64,000 bases of DNA from an uncultured bacterium (GTDB lineage: Bacteria; Desulfobacterota_D; UBA1144; Nemesobacterales; UBA2774): assembly GCA_963825135.1 (NCBI GenBank), contig CAWGRW010000009.1:2304001-2368000 (forward strand), read 5' to 3'. This document shows, one piece after another, positions 9,694 to 18,302 of the stretch. A model generated the notes under the pieces. The model was not told where the DNA came from and did not search any database. It saw only the letters and a program-made list of their open reading frames with translations. A program made the position numbers and the translations under genes. The stretch's first letter is position 1. Every line of letters begins with the position of its first letter.

Positions 9694-11193
9694 TCAGTGC
9701 TGACAAACGCTGCTTTTGCCTGATGGGACTGGTCTGAAGAGCAGCAGCTTCCGGAGGAAATAATTCTCCTTCTCGAAGAGCGCGGGATCGTCGCCGGGAT
9801 TTGATACCCGTTTATCTGTGCCTGCCCTGACATATTCGAGCTTGTTTTTATCGGATACGAAATTATAGTTCATGCTCATATAGCGTCTGAGCTCGAAATA
9901 TGGAAGTAAATATCCTTTTTCATGAAGAGCGTTGAGACGGGGGTCGGAGGAATACTTTATATCCACCAGGTCGTTCTGAAAATCAGCCAGGTAGTATGGA
10001 CGGCGCATTATCAAATGATTAGTACGCCCTCCTTCGGTATGCAGGTTGCTGAACATGGACCATGCGGTTTGTGTTTTGAGGCCGAGATAGGGGCTTGAAC
10101 CGTTGATAGCGACGAAGAGAGGGAACAACATTAATATTTTATAGCCGGGAATAAAATATCGACGCGTCTCATAGTGCGGGGGTTTTCCCCTTCGCAGTGA
10201 AATTAGGAATACTGCAATTATAGCGCTGCCGAATAATCCCCAGAGCACAAGGAATGCGTAGTAAAGTCTCGTTTTCCCGAGTTTCCCGACGTCCATCGGA
10301 TCTACGAAAGGTTGAACACTCGGATATTTTAATTTTGTGTAAATAAAGAGAGCTAAACAGGCGGCGCCCGTCATTATAAGAATCGGCGCTTTCACTTTAC
10401 CAATTAATTGTGGAACAGGGGGGAATTTATACATTTTCGGGATCCCAAAGTCATGCCACAGCCCTAGTAAATTTTCCGTAATATTGTCCGGGGTGAATAG
10501 AAACAGCAAGGCATATGTGACACCCGAAAAGTTATAGTATTCGAACATTCCCAGAATAAAATGGAAGACCAGTGCGATGACGATTCCGGCTGTACGCAGC
10601 CTGCTCGTTAGGAGAAAAAAGAGTATAGCGCATTCCACGATCAGGGTTCCGTATATGGGCATGGTTTCCGAGAACAAGGGCGCTTGAAAGAATCCCGGAT
10701 GATCGAACGATGATAAAAGTATTTTTGTTCCGCAGCTGACGGCCGGATCAAACCAATCAGTGTTGAGTTTGTGAAAGAGGGTGAAGAAGTAGAGTAAAAC
10801 GAGTTCGAGCCGCAGAGCGGGAGTGAACGTGTCAAATAATCTGGACCTATCAATACTTATGCCCCTGGCTGAGATGATAAGGATAAGTGCTGATACCAGA
10901 ATCGTAAGGTTAACTATCGACGCGAACAGCCAGTGGTTTGGAATCCACGGCATTTTGTCAAAGGCGTCGATGAGTTGCAATATTATTAATATGTAAAACC
11001 TGTAAGACGAGGAGGGTCTCAAAATAACGGATACAGCCGAGACTCCGAGCGCGAAAGATACCGGGGAGTGAAGCCAGATGTTCCACTTCCCGAGGTGAAA
11101 AATTACGGCTGCCGCCCACAGGAATGAAAATAAAGTGAATCTATCGTCCGATAATGATTTTTCTCGCGTCGTCTTTATCTTGCTAATATTCAT
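9694..11193 (-). CDS. Multi-pass membrane protein, HTTM/vitamin-K-dependent carboxylase-like
   Basis: NHW, YFFTLFHKLNTDW, FH motifs and C-terminal WSMFSNL; many TM segments. Confidence 0.65.
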   Translation of the reverse strand: MNISKIKTTREKSLSDDRFTLFSFLWAAAVIFHLGKWNIWLHSPVSFALGVSAVSVILRPSSSYRFYILIILQLIDAFDKMPWIPNHWLFASIVNLTILVSALILIISARGISIDRSRLFDTFTPALRLELVLLYFFTLFHKLNTDWFDPAVSCGTKILLSSFDHPGFFQAPLFSETMPIYGTLIVECAILFFLLTSRLRTAGIVIALVFHFILGMFEYYNFSGVTYALLFLFTPDNITENLLGLWHDFGIPKMYKFPPVPQLIGKVKAPILIMTGAACLALFIYTKLKYPSVQPFVDPMDVGKLGKTRLYYAFLVLWGLFGSAIIAVFLISLRRGKPPHYETRRYFIPGYKILMLFPLFVAINGSSPYLGLKTQTAWSMFSNLHTEGGRTNHLIMRRPYYLADFQNDLVDIKYSSDPRLNALHEKGYLLPYFELRRYMSMNYNFVSDKNKLEYVRAGTDKRVSNPGDDPALFEKENYFLRKLLLFRPVPSGKSSVCQH

Positions 11194-11263
11194 ATACCAA
11201 CGGCCTGATGCTTTCGTTCAATATCAGTCAGGCATGAATGGAAATGTGCTTATAAACACGCCG

Positions 11264-12448
11264 TCATACAGATACCGGCAAAAGCCTCTTATATATATCA
11301 AGCAGCTTACACAGAAACAACTCTTCGCTGAACCCGGATTCCGCGCAGTAGCGTGCGGCCCTGCCGAAAGCTTCGGAGAGATTCCTGTTGCGCAAAAGCA
11401 GTAGTAATTTTTCCGCGAGCGCATCCACGTCTCCCGGCGGCACCAGGAACCCGCTCTTTCCATTCTCTATGATCTCCTCGAGTCCTCCCGAGGCGCTTGC
11501 CACTACCGCTGTCCCCCTCATCATCGCCTCGACGGCGGTAATGCCGAAAGGCTCCGACCAGACCGAGGGCACTGCCTGCACCCATGCCCGGCCGAGCGCA
11601 GCTTCGAGTTCCGAGTGCGTTAAGTGTCCATGAAAGGTAACGTTCGAAGATAGATTCAGGCGCGAGACGAGGAGCCCTAATTCTTCTCTTATGGGCCCGT
11701 CACCGGCAATCAGCAGCCTGGCGGACGGTAACTGCTCCGTTATTTTCGCGAATGCGCGGAGCAGTATGTCGACGCCTTTTTCCCGCACGAGACGTCCCGC
11801 GTATGCCGCGGTTGGTGTCTCGAATAGCGATAATCCTGCCGGTCTCGGGGGTGCGCCGTAGTAAAGCACTTCCACCCCGTCGATGCCGTTCAGTAACAAT
11901 GTGTCTCTTACAAATTTGCTGTTGGCTATAATCGAATCGAATGCCCATCGCCACCGTCTGAATAGTTTAAGTTGTATCATTAATGGTCCCCAGTCCCTAA
12001 GGGGCAGGCATCCATTCCGGTAACAGGGAATACCGGGGCTTACGGTGCAGATGCTGCCGTCGGGGAGAAATTTCGTTCCGGTGGGACAGACCGGGCGGTA
12101 CCACGCCACGTGATATAGAGACGGTATGTCTTTCAAGAGCGGAAGTATCAGCGGCGAGAGCTGAGTCAGAAAAATCTTGACATGGATTATGTCGGGTCTG
12201 AATTCTTTTATTACATCCCGGAGTCTGAAATATGCCCACGGATTTAATGTCTGAAGCAGCGTGCGGAAAGATGAGACCGTACCCGGGCATTTGAAGTCCG
12301 CATCGTTTTTGAAATCTCCGCTCTCTATGCTGGTCGTGAATAATCTGGCATCGTGTCCTTTCTCTCTCAGCAATTGGCGGAGCCTCAATATTTGTATTTC
12401 GGCTCCGCCCGTGGGTATTCCGTAGTCATTAACCAGCAGGATTTTCAT
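11264..12448 (-). CDS. Glycosyltransferase family 4
   Basis: GGAE, GRLVREKGVD, PSVWSEPFGITAVEAM. Confidence 0.93.
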   Translation of the reverse strand: MKILLVNDYGIPTGGAEIQILRLRQLLREKGHDARLFTTSIESGDFKNDADFKCPGTVSSFRTLLQTLNPWAYFRLRDVIKEFRPDIIHVKIFLTQLSPLILPLLKDIPSLYHVAWYRPVCPTGTKFLPDGSICTVSPGIPCYRNGCLPLRDWGPLMIQLKLFRRWRWAFDSIIANSKFVRDTLLLNGIDGVEVLYYGAPPRPAGLSLFETPTAAYAGRLVREKGVDILLRAFAKITEQLPSARLLIAGDGPIREELGLLVSRLNLSSNVTFHGHLTHSELEAALGRAWVQAVPSVWSEPFGITAVEAMMRGTAVVASASGGLEEIIENGKSGFLVPPGDVDALAEKLLLLLRNRNLSEAFGRAARYCAESGFSEELFLCKLLDIYKRLLPVSV

Positions 12449-12474
12449 CGTTAAAAAATCCGTTGGACTCCAAT

Positions 12475-13455
12475 TCAGAGACTCGATACACGTTTTTTAT
12501 CCTGCTCGGTGAGGTATTTGAACCTGTCGAACTCGAAGCTGTTTACATTCCGCTGTGTATTTCCGAAACCAAATGCGTACCCGCATAATTTCCCCAAGAA
12601 ATGAGCCGAGAGTCCCGTCACTATGATCGGTAATGCGGGGATGAGCTTGTTCCACTGTCCCGTGCGCCGGATACTTTGTAAGGTGCCCTGAAAATGTCTC
12701 AGGATTATCAGAGGCTCGAGGAGAGCTTGGAGAAGCCTTTTCCACGGGGACCATCTCTTATAATGAACGAGGGCGGCCGTATACAGCTGACCGTTATAAA
12801 ACAGGTCGAAAATTATAGACACCGTTTTAGATATATTTATATGATCTGTTTTAGCTTTATTCTCCATGTAGAGGCGGTACCCCCGCGCCCGGAGGTCCAT
12901 GTGCATTATATTCGTTCTGATCAGCATAAACCTAAGTTCATCACCATAATCCAGTAATATCGAACGTTTGTAAGAGGTATTGTGTCCCGGAAGGTCGTTA
13001 ATTTCCCCCGACTCGACAGGTTCGGTATAGCGTCCGTATGTCATGTAGAGTTGCGCCCAGCTGTTCAAACTATCGGGGTTGGCGTTCCTGATGACGCTCC
13101 CCACGGCGGCCCATGGCCCCTTATGCGCCTCTATCAGTGCCTCGGCCCACTGCGGCACCGGGAACGCATGGTTCTCTCCGAACGCCACTATCGGCGCGCG
13201 CGATTCATTGACCGCATCTACCCAAGCGTTATAAAGTCCGTTATCCAAATCGGCTTCCATAATTATAGAGTTGTTGAAATGTTTGAGCTCCGTCTCCTCG
13301 GCGTCCGTGAGCCTCATCGAAGGAGATACGATAATCACTTCAAGCCTGTCTGCCACGGTTTGCTTTTTAAGGTGCTCGATTACGGTACTGACGGATTCGT
13401 ATCCGCCGATGGTCGTGATTATTACGGACATGAGTGGCGGCTGATTTTCTTTCAT
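12475..13455 (-). CDS. Glycosyltransferase family 2-like protein (degenerate DxD: FGENH)
   Basis: GT2-like N-terminus SVIITT...LEVIIV; locus context. Confidence 0.7.
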   Translation of the reverse strand: MKENQPPLMSVIITTIGGYESVSTVIEHLKKQTVADRLEVIIVSPSMRLTDAEETELKHFNNSIIMEADLDNGLYNAWVDAVNESRAPIVAFGENHAFPVPQWAEALIEAHKGPWAAVGSVIRNANPDSLNSWAQLYMTYGRYTEPVESGEINDLPGHNTSYKRSILLDYGDELRFMLIRTNIMHMDLRARGYRLYMENKAKTDHINISKTVSIIFDLFYNGQLYTAALVHYKRWSPWKRLLQALLEPLIILRHFQGTLQSIRRTGQWNKLIPALPIIVTGLSAHFLGKLCGYAFGFGNTQRNVNSFEFDRFKYLTEQDKKRVSSL

Positions 13456-13498
13456 AGCGGCACTATCTCGTAAAGCATTTTTGAGTGGGTGTGTCGAA

Positions 13499-14557
13499 TT
13501 ATCCGGGGCATTTAGCTTTCTCCTCTCCTAAAAATACCACTGCGCCTGTCCGTGCTGACTCTTCGGCTGCGGCCAAAACCTTGAGGCATTTGTAACCGTC
13601 GAGTAAATCAGGGCTCGCTTCACTTGCCCCTTTTATCGCCGAAAGGAAACGGACGATCGCGAGTTCAAACGACGGTTCTTTACCGGGGAAGAGTATCCGG
13701 TCTTTTAAATTTTGGGAGTTAAGAAGCGAACCAATATCGCTCTTGATCTGCGATAATAGTCCCGGCCGCTGGGACTCCGAGATTACAACCCTGAGGCTGG
13801 AATTGAATCTGTCGGCCAAGAGCTTGCCCCGGGTGCCGTAAACCTCAATTTTATCCTCGTCTATCGATGTTATCGAGAAATAGGATTGAACATCGATGCC
13901 TCCCGATGTTTTAAACTCGCATATAGCGTTGTCACCTTCAGTATTATGAGAGCCGATCGTTGCGGAAACTTGGGTCATGTCCGTGTCCAGTGTATATCGT
14001 ATGAGGTCTACATGGTGAGAGCCGATGTCGAGCAGCGCTCCGCCCCCTGAGACCCTATGCTTTCTCCATTCCGGGAATTCCCTGCGCCAGTATGAGAAAA
14101 CTGTGCGAACGCACGTTATTTCCCCGATAGCGTCTGACTCGATATGTTTCTTAAGCGAGAGATAGACAGGATTGAAACGAAGATTGAATCCTGCCATGCC
14201 TACTAGATTGGCGCTCACCCATGCCTTCAATACCTTCTCGGCCTCGTATGTACTTATGGAGATCGGCTTTTCCAGATAAACATGCTTTCCCGATTCGAAT
14301 GCCGAAATTGCCGCTTCTGCGTGCATATCGTTCGGAAGGCAGATTATCACCGCATCGAGGTCCGGGTGACGCAGCAGGTCTTGATAGTCCGGGTAGAGCG
14401 CTGCGTGAGGCGCCGATCTTCCGGCTTGTTCCCTGTTCACTGTGTCTGATTCGGCAATCGCGGCAAGTCGCAGCCCCGGCAGCTTTTTAAGTATATTAAG
14501 GTATACCAGGCTCGCGATACGTCCACACCCGATGAGGCCGACTTTAATATCCCGCAT
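13499..14557 (-). CDS. Gfo/Idh/MocA family NAD(P)-dependent oxidoreductase
   Basis: GLIGCGRIA, GKHVYLEKP, GGGALLDIGSHHVD. Confidence 0.93.
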   Translation of the reverse strand: MRDIKVGLIGCGRIASLVYLNILKKLPGLRLAAIAESDTVNREQAGRSAPHAALYPDYQDLLRHPDLDAVIICLPNDMHAEAAISAFESGKHVYLEKPISISTYEAEKVLKAWVSANLVGMAGFNLRFNPVYLSLKKHIESDAIGEITCVRTVFSYWRREFPEWRKHRVSGGGALLDIGSHHVDLIRYTLDTDMTQVSATIGSHNTEGDNAICEFKTSGGIDVQSYFSITSIDEDKIEVYGTRGKLLADRFNSSLRVVISESQRPGLLSQIKSDIGSLLNSQNLKDRILFPGKEPSFELAIVRFLSAIKGASEASPDLLDGYKCLKVLAAAEESARTGAVVFLGEEKAKCPG

Positions 14558-14691
14558 TTTCTATTTCAGCTTTCCCGTCTAGTTGAAATTACGTCCGTTA
14601 TTCTCGCCGCAGCTCGATTTCATACTACCTTAGTCTGGGTTTATTGAACAGGCGGGCCGGGTTGTGACCGATATAAAATCGGGCGTCAAAA

Positions 14692-14738
14692 TGGAGCCGA
14701 CAAGAGGATTGAAATCTCCGACCTGCTCATTACGAGTG
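14692..14738 (-). repeat. Distal att site: degenerate 3' half of tRNA-Thr(CGT)
   Basis: TGGAGCCGAC and GACCTGCTCATTACGAGTG are identical to, and spaced as in, 29571-29617; the intervening T-arm is diverged. Confidence 0.85.
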
Positions 14739-14989
14739 GGAGCACGTTATTTTCCAGAGCATAAATTACCTAACGATTTCAGATCAACTGCCCTAAAATA
14801 TTGTAGAATGCCCAACGGTTACAAACGTGTCTTAAATGGTAGAATCACCTGAGTCATATGTATCACACCTGAATTATAAACTGAGTTTTACTGACTTTTC
14901 GTTTAATAACCAAGGCGATTTCATGTCCGTGGTTACGTATAAGGAGTGCGACGGAAACGTGTGCGTCAAGATCGACCGCGCTACGCGGC

Positions 14990-17266
14990 TCACTTGAATT
15001 TGTGGATTGCCTCAAAAACACCGTCCCACTCTTCAGGCGGCGGTGTCTCCCGGTAAATTTGGCAACGCTCGGCCATCGTCCGGGAAGGACCGTCACCCGG
15101 CCATAGCCCCAGGGATTTGTTGAAGTTCTCCTGAGCTTCGCCCCAGCGTCGTTCGCGGTATGCTCCCAACCCCGCAGCATAGAAACCAAACGCTTTTTCT
15201 TGCTCATCGGGTAGCGATGTACCCTTCGTAGCCAGGAGCTCATAGATACGCACGGGCTGTACCCTGCCGACCACTTGCACCATGTCGACTTCCCGCAACA
15301 AGAAAGAAGTCGCGACCAACTGAGCAGTGTTCTCCCCGATGAGAATTTCCGTTCCATAAGCCTTATTGAGTCCCTCAAGGCGGGAACCCAGATTCACCTG
15401 ATCCCCCAGCACTCCATAAGCAAAACGATATTTGGACCCAAGGTTACCCACCAGCATGCGGCCGGAGTTTATACCGGTCCGGGCGATCATGGGCGGGCGG
15501 CCGATCTTGGCCCACTCTTCATTCAGCGCGTTGCGATGATCTCTCATGGCCAGGGCCGCACCACACGCTCTTTCCGCATGGTCGATCTGTTCAACAGGGG
15601 CGCCAAAAATAGCCATCAGCTCGTCGCCCACATACTCTTTGAGCATGCCCTGATATTCGAAGACCTGTTCTGTCATTCGGGCGTAGTATTCACTTAGAAG
15701 CACGATCATCTCGTGAGGAGCATAACGCTCCGACGCAGAAGTAAATCCTTGAAGGTCGCTGAATAAGACTGTCAGGACTTTTTCATCTCCTCCCAGTTTT
15801 AACCGCCCCGGATCTTTGAGCATTTCTTCAATCACCACGGGGGATACATAATGCGTGAAAGCCTTTTTGATTTTCTTGCGTTCGCGCTCCTCCGTTGCAT
15901 AGTAATAAACGGTAAGAACCATATAACTCATCGAAAGGGTCAACAGTGGATAGACGATATTAAGCCACACTCCGGCCTTTACAAAAAGCCAAAGGACAAC
16001 GGTGATATACAGGATGATCAGTCCGGAGACAAACAATAGCCCTTTGAAAGCACCCATCCGCGGTATGGCTATCCCGATCAGCGCTCCCAGTATAATTATG
16101 GCGAGCAGGTCGTAAATCTTTGTCCACCGGGGCTTCGAGATGAAATTTTGTGTCAATATGTTGTCGATGACATTGGCATGGACCTCCACACCGGGATACG
16201 CAGGGCTGAAGGGTGTGCTCCTCAGATCATAGATTCCCGTGGCTGTGGCCCCAACAAGCACGATCTTACCTTTGAAAGTCCCCTTGGCGAACCTCCCGCT
16301 GACTATATCGCTGATCGAGAGATGAGGAAAGGTTTTTGGCGGCCCAAGGTAGTTAATAAGCAGTTGACCGCTTTCGTCGGTCGGTATGAAACGGTCTCCC
16401 ATCTGGATCCCTTCCACTCCGTAGCGACCGACCTTAACCATCAGTTGAGGTTTGTCCAGATAATGCCAGGCACACAGAACCGCAAGAGGAGGAAAGATAT
16501 CCTCGCCGTACTGTATGGCGAGCGGCATCCAGCGGAGGACACCGTCCTCGTCACTTCGCAGAGTAAAATAACCCGAAGAAGCCGCTACTTTGGTAAAGAT
16601 TTCGAGATTACTCTCGGGGGCATAGGCTCTAATGAAGGGGACAGAATCGATTCCTTGTTCCTCATAGAGTACGAAAGGGTATTTTGAAGCGCTGATGCGC
16701 TTGAGCTGTCGGTCTATCTCGCTCTGTTCGATACTATAATCGAGGTCGGCTTCGCTCATGTGAAAGAAATATCCAAGGACTACTTCAGCAGGCGAATTTT
16801 TTATGGCGACGGCCAGGGCCATGTCGTTATCGGCTCGCTTTTTGCTGTTTTGTATGAAGTCGGCCAGTCGTGGGTGTTTCCCATCCAGAGCATCGACTTT
16901 CTGACTAAATTGATTGATAAACTCCAGCTGGGAGTTCTCATCCGCCTCAAGGAAACCTATATCGAAACCGATAACTTTGGCTCCGTCTTGTGATAGGACG
17001 TCCACGAGAGCAGCGATCTTGGACCTGGGCCAGGGCCAGCGCCCTTCGCTATCGAGGCTTTTTTCATCTATTACCGCGATTACGACTGCCGGTGAGGGCG
17101 GCAACTGACCGCGAGATAGAAAACGGAGGTCGTAAGTTTTCAATTCGATCAGGTCGAGGATCGTCGTCCTCGCCAGGAAGAGCGCTATAACAACCAGGAT
17201 TGTGCCTAGTGTCAGAGAGACAGGATTTGTCGATGAAAGAGATTTAAAAAATAATTTCATAGGCAC
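14990..17266 (-). CDS. CHASE2-domain class III nucleotidyl cyclase (guanylyl-cyclase-type residues)
   Basis: IDEKSL..GRWPWPR CHASE2 motif, 3 TM helices, FSDLQGFT / EYVGD / YGVLGDQVNLGSRLE catalytic motifs. Confidence 0.92.
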   Translation of the reverse strand: MPMKLFFKSLSSTNPVSLTLGTILVVIALFLARTTILDLIELKTYDLRFLSRGQLPPSPAVVIAVIDEKSLDSEGRWPWPRSKIAALVDVLSQDGAKVIGFDIGFLEADENSQLEFINQFSQKVDALDGKHPRLADFIQNSKKRADNDMALAVAIKNSPAEVVLGYFFHMSEADLDYSIEQSEIDRQLKRISASKYPFVLYEEQGIDSVPFIRAYAPESNLEIFTKVAASSGYFTLRSDEDGVLRWMPLAIQYGEDIFPPLAVLCAWHYLDKPQLMVKVGRYGVEGIQMGDRFIPTDESGQLLINYLGPPKTFPHLSISDIVSGRFAKGTFKGKIVLVGATATGIYDLRSTPFSPAYPGVEVHANVIDNILTQNFISKPRWTKIYDLLAIIILGALIGIAIPRMGAFKGLLFVSGLIILYITVVLWLFVKAGVWLNIVYPLLTLSMSYMVLTVYYYATEERERKKIKKAFTHYVSPVVIEEMLKDPGRLKLGGDEKVLTVLFSDLQGFTSASERYAPHEMIVLLSEYYARMTEQVFEYQGMLKEYVGDELMAIFGAPVEQIDHAERACGAALAMRDHRNALNEEWAKIGRPPMIARTGINSGRMLVGNLGSKYRFAYGVLGDQVNLGSRLEGLNKAYGTEILIGENTAQLVATSFLLREVDMVQVVGRVQPVRIYELLATKGTSLPDEQEKAFGFYAAGLGAYRERRWGEAQENFNKSLGLWPGDGPSRTMAERCQIYRETPPPEEWDGVFEAIHKFK

Positions 17267-17426
17267 ACCCGTTGAGAGAAGAATTACCGGTGGTCCGGAT
17301 CTGTTACGCCGACCGGACTCGCCGGAATCCGCATGTTCTCCAATGGCACAGACTCAGCCTGTAGCGCTGCCTCAACCTGTCGTCGTTAGTGAATTTATGA
17401 CGTTCACTGACGGCATGTCTCGCGGG

Positions 17427-18200
17427 TCAATGGTGGGGTCCGTGATCGGAGCACTCATGACTTTGTTGCGGGAGCTCCGTGCACGTATATGGTATATCCG
17501 TCCCCGGCACGTATCCCGTCAGATCAGCCGTACACTGCTGTGCAAGGCAAACCTCTTTACCCTTTTTCGCGCAGCCGCCGCCGATTCGCCGCTGAATGTT
17601 AGCGCAGCATTCTCCCTCGGTCGAGAACCCGCCGGGGCATACGCAAATCTCCCCATTGAATTTTGTGGCCGAAAAGGTTGTTAATTGCGTATCCGGACTT
17701 ATATCGAGCTCGATTGATTTTTGACATAGGCCGTTCTTGTCGCACTTTTGGATATCGGCTGAACCGGTGAGAGGCGTATCCAGAATAAGCGGCTGTCCTT
17801 GGGGTTCCGGACAATCTCTCTTTTTCGGTCGGAAGTGATTAGTGGTTGTTAAGGAAGAAATTACCGGAGTTAGACCAAAGGCGATGCCCTCAATGCCGCA
17901 GTCGGGGTCTAACGTATTGGGGTCGCACAACCCGTCTCCTAAGTCTACTGTGCCGTAGACGGAACAAGTCACGACCGGGCAATTCAAACCCGGGACACAG
18001 TTTTTAATGTTGCCCAATCCGGCGACTTCAGCGTCACAAATCTCGCTTCCCGTCCTCCAGCATCCGCAGCATCTTGTCCCCCCGACGGTCGGACATCTGT
18101 ACGTATAACCCGCTTTACATGTCGCCGCGTCGGCTTCGGTCCCCAACGCCGAGACCACAATCATACCTAACAGGCAGATAAACGTTAATCTCTCAAACAT
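17427..18200 (-). CDS. Secreted cysteine-rich hypothetical protein
   Basis: AAGGAGGT RBS before ATG at 18200, signal peptide ending ADA, more than 20 Cys. Confidence 0.75.
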   Translation of the reverse strand: MFERLTFICLLGMIVVSALGTEADAATCKAGYTYRCPTVGGTRCCGCWRTGSEICDAEVAGLGNIKNCVPGLNCPVVTCSVYGTVDLGDGLCDPNTLDPDCGIEGIAFGLTPVISSLTTTNHFRPKKRDCPEPQGQPLILDTPLTGSADIQKCDKNGLCQKSIELDISPDTQLTTFSATKFNGEICVCPGGFSTEGECCANIQRRIGGGCAKKGKEVCLAQQCTADLTGYVPGTDIPYTCTELPQQSHECSDHGPHH

Positions 18201-18302
18201 GATGAATACCTCCTTATTTAAGAATTTCTTTTGCGATTTCTCTTTCAACATCGTGGGGGTTTCTCATGAACAACACCCCCATTTTTCTCAGCGGTCTCCC
18301 GA

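Noticed and set aside
14692..14738. A second functional tRNA
   Set aside because: Only the 3' half is present, with no D-arm or 5' acceptor strand, and the T-loop is degenerate; treated as an att site.
14863..15378. 171-aa minus-strand ORF overlapping the cyclase 3' end
   Set aside because: Alternative frame of a well-supported gene with no motifs.
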